DNA of 64,000 bases from Takakia lepidozioides (Eukaryota > Plantae > Bryophyta): positions 86,800,001 to 86,864,000 of the forward strand of contig CM060731.1 in assembly GCA_030704615.1 (NCBI GenBank). Direction: 5' to 3'. The notes below the pieces were generated by a model. The model was not told the DNA's origin, did no database searches, and was given only the letters and a program-made list of their open reading frames with translations. A program made the position numbers and the translations under genes. Positions within the stretch are counted from its first letter, which is position 1. Each line of letters starts with the position of its first letter. Shown one piece after another: positions 1-11,775 of this stretch.

Positions 1-3000
1 ACACCCAAGCAAATGAATGGACGAGTGCCAGTGTCGTAATCACCTTCTTCCCTTCCGACCAAAGGCCCAGTGTGTTGATGCACGTCCACTTCTTTTTCAG
101 AATCGGGACGGCGCTCTTGCGGGTCCACTTCGCAATTCCTGTCTGAGTGTTTTTTCCTCTGCTCGCCAGGACAACCACAAAGCCTCTGTCGTCCAACACC
201 ATGCGGGTAAGCCCGAATCCTTTCTTCCAAAAGTCCTCCGAGTACCTGTTCCAAGATGGCAAAGCTTGCAGTCCTTCCACAGGCTCTCCATCCGGAATAT
301 CCAAGATGATCATATCGCAAGACCACTCGGTGGCATTTCCGCCCCTCCTACAATCCTTGTCTGCACACACCCTCTCAAAGAACGAGACCATATTCTGAAA
401 TCCTGGGGTGTCGGAAGGCTCTTCGGCAGTCGCCTTCTTCAGTGCTCTGCCCTTCAGACCCTCCATGGTCTTCATGTATGCCAACTTGGCTGCCCGTCCA
501 TCCAAAGCCGCCAAGAAACTCTCATTTACACACTGGACTACTGTTTCGGGAGCCACTTTCGGCCTCTTCATTTCCACCGGCTCGAAAGGGTGCCCCCCTG
601 GGGGGTTGAAGAGTGCCTTCTTTGCCGAGCCAGTTCTCGTGCCTCTCATGACAACGGTGGGCACAGGGGAGGCAGCCTGCGTTTGGGGGGGTGGGCTGGT
701 TGCAAAGTCTCCATCGGAGTCCTCTTCCTCACCCTCTTCCTGAACAGGCTGTTTCTGCTTCTTCGTTTTGGCGGGTGTCACAACAGCTGCTCCTTGCTGG
801 CGAGTCCTCTTCTTCGACCCCTTCTGTTGGGCCTGCACAGCTGCATCCACCGTCTTTTGTGCCATCTCAGCTGCCTTTCTGGATTCTTCCAGAGCAGCAG
901 ATTCCTTTGCCGACTTTGGCCCAACAGGGACACGTCTTTCCTTTCTCTTCTCTTCTGCCAAGGCGTGCAGATCTTTCTCAGACTCGTCAACAATACCGCC
1001 AGACATATCCAGGTACCAGGGGCATCCAACGAGATGCGCGGGATGCCATTGTTTCTGCATCTCGGTGTGTAGACACAGCTTGGGCCCGCCACGGTCCAAG
1101 CCATGAAGAACGGGGGCTCTTGAGCCAGGGCCCCTGTCTGAAGGAGCACGTATTTCATATACCTGCAGGGCAGTCAGCATGCGTGAGCATAAGATTGGAC
1201 GAACCTACTCGCAGAGTGCCACCGAAAACATAAAATGCGAATGCGGTGCCACATTTCCGAGACAAACCTCGTAACCAGGCTTCGCATACAAGGGCAGCTG
1301 TGCTTCACCTGTAAACAATTCGCATTGCAGCTTTCCCCGCTCCCTCCTGATGTGTAAACTCCACGCTCCTTCTTGCTGTCTGTAGCTCTCTGGCGAAAAG
1401 GTTGTCCTTGTACGCACATCTGAAACGTGTCACATAGTCTTCCAATGTCTGTGTTCCATCCCATTTGACGTACAAGCCGAACGAATTTGTGTGCATTACG
1501 ACTTGCTCCTTCGCATTCGACATTACCTGCGATTCCCACATGCATTGTCACGTAGCAGTTCAGGGAATTCATTTCAGAAAAGCAAATCTGGGGAAGTACC
1601 TTGAATTACCTTGAAGTCATGCGGTTGAGCCACACATCCACTGCAGGGTCGGAAACTTCCAGTGGAAAAGACCACATTGTCCTTATGCTCTCGGATGCAT
1701 TCCAGATCGACAGCCACCGTGTCTGCCATTTCCGATCCAATGTCAGGAGCTGGAAGAGAGTGGCTATTGCTAGGAAGGAACTTCAGTGCATTGAAACCTC
1801 ACCTTCTCTTTCGCCTCAACACATGCCGTTGAGAGGTGATGCAGTTTCTCCAATTGCATGGTCGGCTGCATGGCCCGAGAATAGTGTTTTGCAATCTCGG
1901 GGATGAAGTCCTTTCCAAGTGCCGGATCTGCAATTGCCACCAACTTCACAAGCTTTGACTTGTATTTGGTTCTGGACTTGACACCGGCTTCCTTCAAGTG
2001 CTCAGTCAATGACTGCAACGTTTTCACCTGCCCCTCACTTTCCATGAAGAAGCGTTTGGCATGGGCCAAATCCAGCTTGATGTTTGACTGCCAACAAAAA
2101 CATGCAGAAGCGTTACATTCGATTCATGTGGAAAGATTACTGGAAATTGGGGAAGGATGAGCAGAGGGAAATGGAGGACGACTTACTTCGTATATCACCT
2201 CCACCATTCCATCCATAGTGAGACGATACCATGTCCGGTCAGTTTTTGCCACGGCTTTCTGAATGAGCTCGGGCTCCAGCATTTCCGCAAACATGTGCGG
2301 ATCAGTGAGACCAGTTTTCCTCACCCTGTACAGCATATGTGCCATGTGGGTATGCACGTACGCATTTCAGTGACCCTGCAAGGCACACTCTCCAGTCTCC
2401 AGTTCAGTCCACGGAAAGCACGGAAACAAAACAGATTGGAAACCGAAATGCGGCACCGCATTTCGAACGTGCTTGGGAGGGTATGAGTATCTTACGAGTT
2501 GAGGTCCGCCATGGCATTCTTGAGCAGGGAGGAGTCTGCCGCCTTCACCTTGAGGATGACACACTCCACCATGTAATGCCAGCCAATGTGCTTGGCATGG
2601 TTCTGCTTGATGTACTCCCACCAGGCGAGAAGTCGGTGATTCCCGTCCCACACAAAGAACATTTTACCCGACATATGGCCGAAGTCTGGATCACCCTTCA
2701 GCGTCGCCTCGAATTCGTTGTTGCGAGTGTGCCAGTGGGTATCCCACGTTGACAATTCATCGGCAGTGGGTCCACGAGTTTCCCGTCCTCATTCTCAATG
2801 GAAACGTAAAACGCTGCCGATCCCAGACGGTACCCTTCTCGAAATGCGAACTTGAGCTTATCCACATCTCCGGGAAGGGCCTGCCTGACGATGGGAAGGG
2901 AGACCATGCGACAGAGTGGGATTCGAAGAGTCCGCTGGAATACCCTGCTGCCCAGAACTCTGCCAATGCTACTGTGTGTCTCCTCCAACATTTTATCAGC

Positions 3001-4015
3001 TGCAATTTTGAAATCCTCCGGAGACATGTCTGTAGGTGCCGGTAGTGGCTGAGCAGCTGGAGCATCCTCAACTGGAGCTGCACTCTGGGGCCTGTCTGCG
3101 GGCAATTCTGCCATTGCAGAGGCCTCCTCCGGGCCTGCTTGCTCATCGGTGGTGAGGTCTTGCTGCGAACGTTGAGCGGCAGCACCCTCCTCCGGTACCA
3201 AATCGACAGAAACGGTCGATCCCATTGCCTTCGCTGCAGCAGAGTCGGCCCCAACATCTGCAGGCGGGAAATCCTCCAGGAACTGAGCTTCAGCTTGTGG
3301 AAGCGGTTTTGCGGGAGATTGTTCGGCCGTCGCCCAGATTGCCTTCTACTTCCTCATCCTTGCAGGTGAAGGTGTCTGCTGCAATTGAATCTGTCTTTTA
3401 CCAGGCTGCTTCATTCGCGTTGGTGGGGGTGAAGCGGCCTGAGCCGGTTCAGAAACCAGTAGAGGGACGGGCTGCTTCTTCTTCGACTTTGCTGGAGAAG
3501 GGCCCGACCCCTGCTGGCGATTCTCCATGACCGAAGAACGCAAGTCGATCTCTGGGGCTTTGAACTCCCTTCGAAGCCGCGTCTTTGAAACGCACAGGGC
3601 TAGGCCCGGCAGGAATACCCGCGCTCGGGGATCGGGTGGGTGTACGTGCTGCAGCTAGCTCCTCGGACTCTTCCTGCGGCTCTTCGGATTCCTGCGATCC
3701 CTCAAGCACGTCCACCTTTCCTGTTAGGCATGCAAACATGTTCTGCATTCAAGTCTCCTAGCATTCAGTCTAAGAATTACAGAAGCAAAATGGGGGGTTC
3801 GGTGCTCGATCAGCTGCGCGCAGCCCGATCGCATGGAGCTCTCACTGGTGGCTGGGTTGCCTGAGTGGCCTGCTGCTCGGAGATGGCAATCTCCTCCTGT
3901 AGACGCATCTGCTTCCTCCCCTTCGGCATTGGCCTACATCCGAAGTATAATTTTCGGAGCTTGCGACGAGGTCTCCTGTATGGTGCACGAAATCCCCCCC
4001 TCTCAGTTCGAGCAT
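1..4015 (-). pseudogene. ParB-like/DNA methyltransferase-like fusion gene of copy A (spliced, frameshifted, 3' end outside window)
   Basis: Exons are homologous to the copy C gene: RPRRKLRKLYFG, RIPLCRMVSL...FFVWDGNHRLLAW, AHAKRFFMESE, LFARELQTARRSVEFT, EPPFFMAW, DMIILDIPDGE (~285-320). Intron positions match copy C. Several 1-bp indels. Start codon is tentative. Confidence 0.82.
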
Positions 4016-4359
4016 AAGAAGAACAGAGACAGGGAAAAGGGGCAAAGAGTGCAGATGGAAAGGGCGCGAGAGGGGTGACTGAGGAGACACGACAAAAGTA
4101 GATGAAACGGCGGTGATGCACCACTTGGGTTCGAAAGGGTTGGACGAAAGTGTCTCCTCGTGGACTTTGCGTCATTACGAAATTCGAATCGTTCAGGGTA
4201 CGCCTGCCGTCCGAAAAACAAACATCATTATCCAACGGTCAGGCCGCGCCGCCTCATGCCACTTCAGTCAGATAGAGTGCAGACATGTGCCGCAATTCCG
4301 TTGCTCCACGTGTTCACATTTCAAGGCATTTCCGTCCCAGCGTCTGATGAGTTGGAGTG

Positions 4360-5890
4360 AAAATGCGAATGCGGCGCCGCATTTCCGTTAAGTACCATCA
4401 CGAAGCTACACATCCGTACTTGTTGGAAGAAAATGCGGCACCGCATTTCAGTTCCACCTTCACATACCTTAGTTGTTGAACGGAAATACGGTGCCGCATT
4501 TCCGTCCCACAGCTCCATGTATGAGATACAAAAGGGAAATGCGGCACCGCATTTCCGTTCAGGAATGTCGAAAGGTGCGATTCGGACGGAAATGCGGCAC
4601 AACATTTCAGTTCCCGTGGTTCATGATTTTCAATCTGAATCGAAATACGGCACCGCATTTCCGTTCCCCCTTCACATACCACAGTTGATGAACGGAAATG
4701 CCGTTCCACATTTCCGTTCGGGAAAGTATAGAGGTCTCACCTGAACAGAAATGCGGTGCCGCATTTCCTGTCTGGAAAGTTTGAAGGTCTCACATGGATG
4801 GAAATGCGGCACCACATTTCCGTCCCACAGCTCCAGGCCTCGTATACAAAACGGAAATGCGGCGCCGCATTTCCGTTCGAGAATGTCGGAAGGTGCGACT
4901 CGGACGGAAATGCGGAGCCGAATTTCTGTTCCCGTTGTTCACGATTTTCAGTCAGAATGGAAATGCGGTACCGCATTTCCGTTCTATAGAGTATGAAGGT
5001 CTGACCCTGGCGGAAATGCGGTGCCGCATTTTCGTTCCACAGCTCCATGCCTCACATACAAAACGGTAATGCGGCGCCGCATTTCCGTTTTGGAATGTCG
5101 GAAGGTGCGACTCCGACGGAAATGCGGTACCGCATTTCAGTTCCGATGTTTCACGATTTTTCATCAGAACGGAAATGCGGTGCCGCATTTGCGTTCTGGA
5201 ATGTTGGGAGGTGCGACTCGGATGGAAATGCGCTGCCGCATTTCAGTTCCGATGGTTCACGATTTTCAGTCAGAACGGAAATGCGGCACCGCATTTCCGT
5301 TCTGGATAGTATGAATGTCTCAACCGGTCGGAATTGCGTTGTCTCAAGCGGTCGGAATTGCACTCGGCTCCATGCATCAGATACAAAATGGAAATGCGGC
5401 GCCGCATTTCCGTTCTGGAATGTCGGAAAGTGCGACTCGGACGGAAATGCGGTGCCGCATTTCTGTTCCCGTTGTTCATAATTCTCAATCAGAACGGAAA
5501 TGCGGTACCGCATTTCCGTTCCACCTTCACATACCGTGCTTTCTGGATGGAAATACGTTACCGCATTTCCGTTCTGGAGAGTGTTAAGGTCTCACCCGGG
5601 CGGATATGCGGTGCCGCATTTCCATTCTGGAATGTCGGAAAGTGCGACTCGGACGGAAATGCGGTACCGCATTTCCGTTCCACCTTCACATACCGTGCTT
5701 GCTGGATGGAAATGCGTTACCGCATTTCCGTACCACCTTCACATACCGTGCTTGCTGGATGGAAATGCGTTACCGCATTTCCGTTCTGGAGAGTATAAAG
5801 GTTTCCCCCGGACGGAAACTCGGTGCCGCATTTCCGTCGTCTGGTGCATGACCAAGATGCAATACGGAAATGCGGCGCCGTATTTCCGTC
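4360..5890. repeat. Array of ~28 copies of the 22-bp palindrome GGAAATGCGGCGCCGCATTTCC, 53-bp period
   Basis: Copies start at e.g. 4800, 4853, 4906, 4959, 5012 ... 5390, 5443, 5496, 5549, 5602, 5655, 5708, 5761, 5814. The 31-bp spacers fall into a few recurring types. Confidence 0.95.
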
Positions 5891-6304
5891 CACCAGCAAT
5901 CGAAAGAATCACTCGGGACGGGAAATCTGGAACCTGAATGGGTTGCATTGTTCCGAAACAACACAATTGCGGCCAGTCTTGATGAGCACAACTTGGTTGT
6001 CTGACCGTTTTAACTAATAGTACTGGCACTTGTCAGTGCGAACGTTCCTGTCTGCACCGAGAATACTACTGGATCCACCCTCAGGAGAAACTGTCAGGAG
6101 ATGTTATTTCGTCGCCGAATCGGCCATCATTGTCTAACTTACTGGCTATGGAATCACACCTCCCACCTTCATGCATGTAGCTTGAAACAATACTTTCCAC
6201 TTCAATGTGCGACTTCCAATCATCGATGGACTCCGCATGGTGCCTGTGAGCCTTGGTCTGTCGCTATACTGAACCTCGCACTTGCCAACTTCGTGCGGTC
6301 TTCG

Positions 6305-9300
6305 ATGGCTCCGAATTCCTACGCTATAGTTTGCTGTCCTCCGCAACTTGGGAGAGCCTGGATCCCAAACGAGGGAGGACTTTGCAGAGTGACTGAAACT
6401 TACCTTTGTTCCAAATTCAAGCTCAAACCGGGCACAGTTTATTTGGAAGAAGAAAGGAAGGATGTTCCTGGACAGGTTGACGAGACCATTGTCGTGCTAG
6501 GTAACGACGGAGGTTGCGGAATCGAATGGCACGTACCCCCATCAGACACCATCCTGTACCGAGCTGTGGGAATGCCCATTCCCTTTCCAAATCAGTCGCT
6601 GCCCACACCATCCACAAAGGAGTCCGGAAACCGACAGGCGGCCACTGCCAACAGAGAGGTGTGCAACGATAATCATTCCAACCTGGACCGTCAAGACCCT
6701 CCATAGCTTCTCGTGTGGACGTATTCGACATTTCCGACGAGGAAGATGATTGCATTGAGGTACCCATGTCCTCCACACGGTCGTTCAAATCCGGCATGGA
6801 CGTCTCTGTAGGTGCTACGCATGTGCCCTCGAGCATAACTCCAACCCGGTCCATTGTGCAGCTCCTACGACAACATCACCTCGATGGTTCTTGCTCCGAG
6901 CTGGCTGCTCTCGACTATGCCAAATTCCCAGTCAGAAAGGTAACGTTTCTGCCTCCCGAAGTCGATGGCAATGTCATCTTCGAGTTTCCACCTGTTTCTT
7001 CGTCAAACAAAGCCTCCGGGATGTTAACAGACATGGATCGAAAGCATGACGGACACCCCTGGTGTGTGACGAAGACCAGTAGCACGAAAATTGCTGATGG
7101 TGTTCGTGTACGATATGTCCTCTGTGCGGGGAAGCTGAGGTGCCTCAATCCCACCTACTTCCACTTTCTCTCCAAAGGAGGGCGGAGAAACAAGACGGAT
7201 TGGACTGGCACAACGCATCATCCATTCATTGTCTCCAGCCAAGCTCCTGCGGGTTCTTTCAAGTGTGCACATTGCAAAGAACCACCGACGTGCATGTCCA
7301 TGTGCAGAGCCAAGCAATATTACGTAATCCATTTGCTCCCGGACTTGACTAGAGCTTGCATACACGTTGGGGTCCACTGCCACCCCTTGGCGAGAGGCAA
7401 CATGCGGAGGCTGTGCAGGAAGCACACGACATCATAAAAGAGGAGGTGAAATTGAGCCCCGGAGCCAGACCAAAGCAGATTCAGCTGAAGGCAGCCCACA
7501 AGATTGCTCTTGGCAAAATCATGTCTGAAGATGGTTCCGACCGAGAGCCCTTGACCGAAGACGAGATGCGTGACCTCTTGGAGTCCGTCTCGCACGTTTG
7601 TAGTCCGAATGTGCGGAATCACATCGTATCTTGCAAGCAGGAGTTCGGCAGGGGGTCGGACATGTACTCAATCCTGGAGGTGAAACGAATGACTGGATAT
7701 GACTACATCCAAGGTAGCAGGTTTCCAGGGCAAGGCAGCGAATCCGATCGTTGTTACATTTTCAAAATGTCGACGTGTGGGCCTGGGAGTGGAGTCGACT
7801 TGGTCACTCGCATGACAACTGGAAACTTGTCGAATGCTTGGGTGATGTTTGATCACATCAAGCGAATTACAAACCATCAGTGGGTGACTATGGGTGCGCA
7901 TGTTTATGACTATCACTCCAAGAGGCTCATGACGATTGCAATCTGCGAGATGAAAGGGGAGGACACACTGTCCGAGATGCATCTGTGGGAGGGCATAAAC
8001 GAGCAGATGGCAAGGGCGGGATTGCCAGAGCCCAATTTCAGGGGATTCATGGCAGACAACGCTCAGGCCAACTGGGCAGCGGTGCGGCGTGTGTACGGTG
8101 AGGACCCCAATGTTCCAATGGAGGGGAAAGAGAGATCCTGTGGATTCCATTGGATGCAGAGTCTATCCCACTACACTACCAAATTTGTTGCTAGCTCATT
8201 CCAGGCTGAACACCGTGTTCTTTGTACGGCGTGGAAGGATGCACCCACATTTGATGACGCAGAGGTTAAGTTTGCTATCATCGAGGCTTGGTGGAACACG
8301 TCAGGTGCAGTGGAGACAACCAATCTGGGAGCATTGCACAGCTGGTTGGGTAGTGGCATTTTCGGTATCGACAGTTCGGACAGTACATGCGGGAGGTAGG
8401 CTGCTGTCATTTTTGTTCATTTGTCTTTCTGTTATGGACATTTCGATTGGTCCCTCACCATTGTTTGTGTCCTTCTAGGAGCGGTGCTTGGATTCCGACA
8501 CGGACATGCCGAACACGAATATGGCAGAATTGGTCCACTCCTCCTGGCGAGCGTCTTCTGCCGCACATCTGGTGGACGTAGTGACGGCCACAACGGAGGA
8601 CATCGACAGAGCAATCATGCAGCAAGCCACGTACTACAAGTTCCTGAGCGGCAAACAATGGGGCTTTGGGCCGGACAGGGAGGAATTGTTGGTACGAACA
8701 GCTTCGAGGTCCAAGAATCCAGTGAAATGGGCGACAGCATTGCGAGAGAAGATCAAAGGGACGCCTCTGCACCGCAGAGGTGAACACCTAGAGGGGGACG
8801 TCTGGACTCGCCCTGTCAGGCGGAGGATTGAAGAGGAACCCGGGTGCAAGAGGATTCCTGGAGATCCGACAGGAACATTCGGACAGCACCTCGAGGTCCC
8901 GTCATGTTGCCGCACAATGTGTCTTCCAGCAGTGGAAGCCCAAGAAATTCCAGATCGCCGTCGCCTTCAACCGGGGATTTCGTGCGAGAAATTCCCACCG
9001 CTCCCTTGCCCCAGATTCCGCCCGCTGTTATGCAGTATGGCCAAGCCATTGTGGAGACGACTGTGTCTGCATCACAGTGGAGAATTGCTCGCACAAAGCC
9101 GTCGTTTCGAGGAAGGTGTTCCGCAATTCGTGTGGATACACGGCAACGTTGTTTAGAGATGATAAGGAGGAATCCAGATGGGGCTGTCCCTGCTTCTACT
9201 TTTACAGGAAGATTTGTCCATGCAAAGTTTGCGGAGGCGACAACCACCCAGTTCTGGTTCTGCAGGCACGACATTATGACTTGCGTGTATGGAAAGCCCA

Positions 9301-9907
9301 AGTACGGCATACAAACAATGCCAGAGGCTCCCCCGGTGTGGCCGGTGGAACGAGGCTGCGATCTGAGTCAGGTTGAGGCCGACGCCCTTACCGCCGCAGG
9401 ATTTCGGATGGTGCAGCGCACTGACGTCCCCAGACAACCATTTCCGCTTCCACAGCCTCCACCACCGACCCCTGTGAGAGCAAGAACAATGGGACACGAC
9501 AGCTCTAAGCATCCTACACACCGTTGGGGGAAACCGAAGAGGCGGCGACCTCCCTCAAAGTGAACGAGACAAGGATGGGGAATGCACTTCGGATGAACTG
9601 TACAATCCAGAGCTCAACTGAAGTGCCCCCACTAGGATTCGGGCGTGTGTATCAGATGGCCACGACGGGCTCAGCTGTTCGCAATGAGGTGTACACCATC
9701 ACCATTTCAGAATTACCCACCTGCAATTGCACCGACTTCCAGATCATGGCGAGCAAGGGGGCATCATACTGCCCTTGCAAGCATTTGTACTACGTGTACC
9801 TAAAGAGACTCCGTTGTAATTCCACAACTCATCACTTCATACATGCACCAGGGTTGAGCCCCCAGGAGGTTCACACTCTTCTGAATATGGATCCAGGGGA
9901 CCAGTGA
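6305..9907 (+). pseudogene. MULE-type transposase of copy A (GCM-like Zn domain, DDE core, SWIM finger), frameshifted
   Basis: Motifs WVMFDH (D1), GFMADNA (D2), CGFHW (CxxH), NTNMAE (E) and C-terminal CNC...CKH SWIM. GT-AG intron at 8396-8478. Split over ORFs 6101, 6715, 7356, 8488, 8844 and 9524. Confidence 0.88.
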
Positions 9908-10684
9908 GCTTGGCTTGCGGTCCCAATACAATGGTACGCCCATCCTTTTTGGATAGTAGAACTGTACTGCTGCCAGTACCTCAGACTCTGGCCACAGAAA
10001 GGTCCGACATATGTCTTGCCTACCACTAACCTGGTTTGCTCGAACTAAGATATTACTATATCGTTCACTTGTTTCCACGTGCATGTATTTTTGTATGTTG
10101 GAGGGTTCATGTTTTTCTGCTTTCCGAAAACTTGCTTTCCTCATTCGACCTCCGACAAGGAAATGCGGCGCCGCATTTCCAAGTATCGTCGTAGGTACTG
10201 GTAGAGGCGGCCTTCGCCAACACCAAACCGCTCCGAAATTTCGCACGTGCGAACCCTAATGCGGCACCTTATTTCCCAGTTCAGTTGCAAACCTTTCCCG
10301 CCGAATACCCGAAGAAGACAGAATTGTGAAGTACTGCAGACTGTATTGGTGCAGACTCCATTGGTTCAATCGCGGCAAAAGGGTCAGCTTCATTCCAATG
10401 TTAAGGCATGTAAAACCGCGGAATACTCTATACAAGCCAGTATGCGACGTCCTTTTGCAGTGGTATACTGGATTTCCCGTTGCACGGTCACTTATTTCCA
10501 TGAGCGGATCTATAAAACCATGAGCGGACTTGTTACTGACGACATATCTTTGCCGCATTACATGATCTGGAACATCCAAAAACGGCAAGGTCAAATAAAA
10601 AACTATTATTTTAATACTTGTTTAATCTGCCGCATTTCCAAATTTGGAGGAGTCCGCTCATGAAATCCGCGTATCTTAGACTTC

Positions 10685-10758
10685 GGCTCACCGCTCATGC
10701 GGCTCATGCGGCTCATGGCTCATGGCTCATGGTTTCTGCTCATGAAATAGTAAACCTC
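10685..10758 (-). repeat. Terminal inverted repeat of copy A with tandem GCTCATG units
   Basis: Reverse complement of 19499-19572. The adjacent 9 bp (GGCCTCAAG) are the candidate TSD half. Confidence 0.85.
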
Positions 10759-11619
10759 GGCCTCAAGCACTTTGTATTGTGAAGCACATAATCGTGCGCA
10801 CTATCATGGAGCTCCACTAACATGGTCCTTTGTGCTCCTTCTCCTTCCAAAAGCTCTCCAGCAATCCTCTCTTGATCTTCATTAGAATCCCATATTCGCC
10901 TAGATGTTCCCTCAGACTCAGCAATATACTCCGTGAGGAAGCCAAGGGCCTCCTCATGGGAGAACCCACTTGCCTGCATGCTCCTTTCTGGCCGGGCATA
11001 GTTCCTGACATACCCCTTCAAGGTTTTCATGTACCTTTCAATGGGGTACATCCAGCGGGTACAAACCGGGCCACAAAGCGCCAATTCATCCACAAGGTGG
11101 AGTACAAGGTGGGACATAACATCAAAGAAAGAGGGGGGAATTCTTTCTCAACCAAACAAAGGGTAAGAACCACATCATCCTTCAAGGCCCCCGAACTTTC
11201 GGGATCCACGGTCTTCATGCATAAATGATGAAAAACCCTTGAAATCCTCATGATGGCTTGCCTTGCACCTTTACCCAACAATCCCCGGATGCAAAGGGGA
11301 AGAACCTGTTGCATGAGGATATGAAAATCATGGGACTTCATGCTTGAGAGCTTCTGGTTGCCCACATGCTTCTTGAATGCTCCGCCATACCCCGTGGCCG
11401 TTTTCAAAGCACCAAGAGTGGACATGAAGGATCCTGATTCTTCATGGTTCAACACGTACGGAGCATGGGGCTTCTCCAATTTCCTACCATTGTTGTGGTG
11501 GGGCCTTAGCCACAGGTGGCATCATTTGCCTTGAAACTCCATGTCCTTCCTACTCTTTGGTGTATCCTTCAACCCCATAATATTGGTCTTCAAAATGTTT
11601 TCACAATGCATAACATCTT
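10759..11619 (-). pseudogene. CACTA/En-Spm Tnp2-like transposase fragment (DUF4218-type region)
   Basis: Motifs DVMHCE, MKSHDFHILMQQVLP and HLVDELALCGPVCTRWMYPIERYMKTLKGYVRN are typical of CACTA transposases. Frameshifted and interrupted by copy A. Confidence 0.88.
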
Positions 11620-11775
11620 AAGTGTACCTTATCAGCAAATCCTGGCATTACACGGCCCTTCCCACTTTCAGCAAAGCAACCAATTCAGCCCATTGGTGAC
11701 AACCTTCTACCAAGTGAGATGGCAATAAGAAGTGAAATATGTGAAAGGCAGTGGAATTTGTGGAGTGTTCAGACT

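Larger units (their letters stand above)
1..10758 (+). mobile_element. Mutator-like (MULE) DNA transposon copy A, left end outside window
   Basis: Right terminus ...GCTCATGAAATAGTAAACCTC (ends 10758) is the reverse complement of the terminus at 19499 and nearly of that at 41944. Contains a MULE transposase (+), a divergent ParB-MTase gene (-) and a central palindrome array, the same layout as complete copy C. Confidence 0.9.

Noticed and set aside
17-1072. 351-aa plus-strand ORF
   Set aside because: It is the antisense shadow of the ParB-MTase exon; homology with copy C is on the minus strand.
4360-5890. CRISPR array (palindromic repeats with constant-length spacers)
   Set aside because: Spacers recur as a few types in higher-order order, there are no cas genes, and the context is a spliced eukaryotic transposon.
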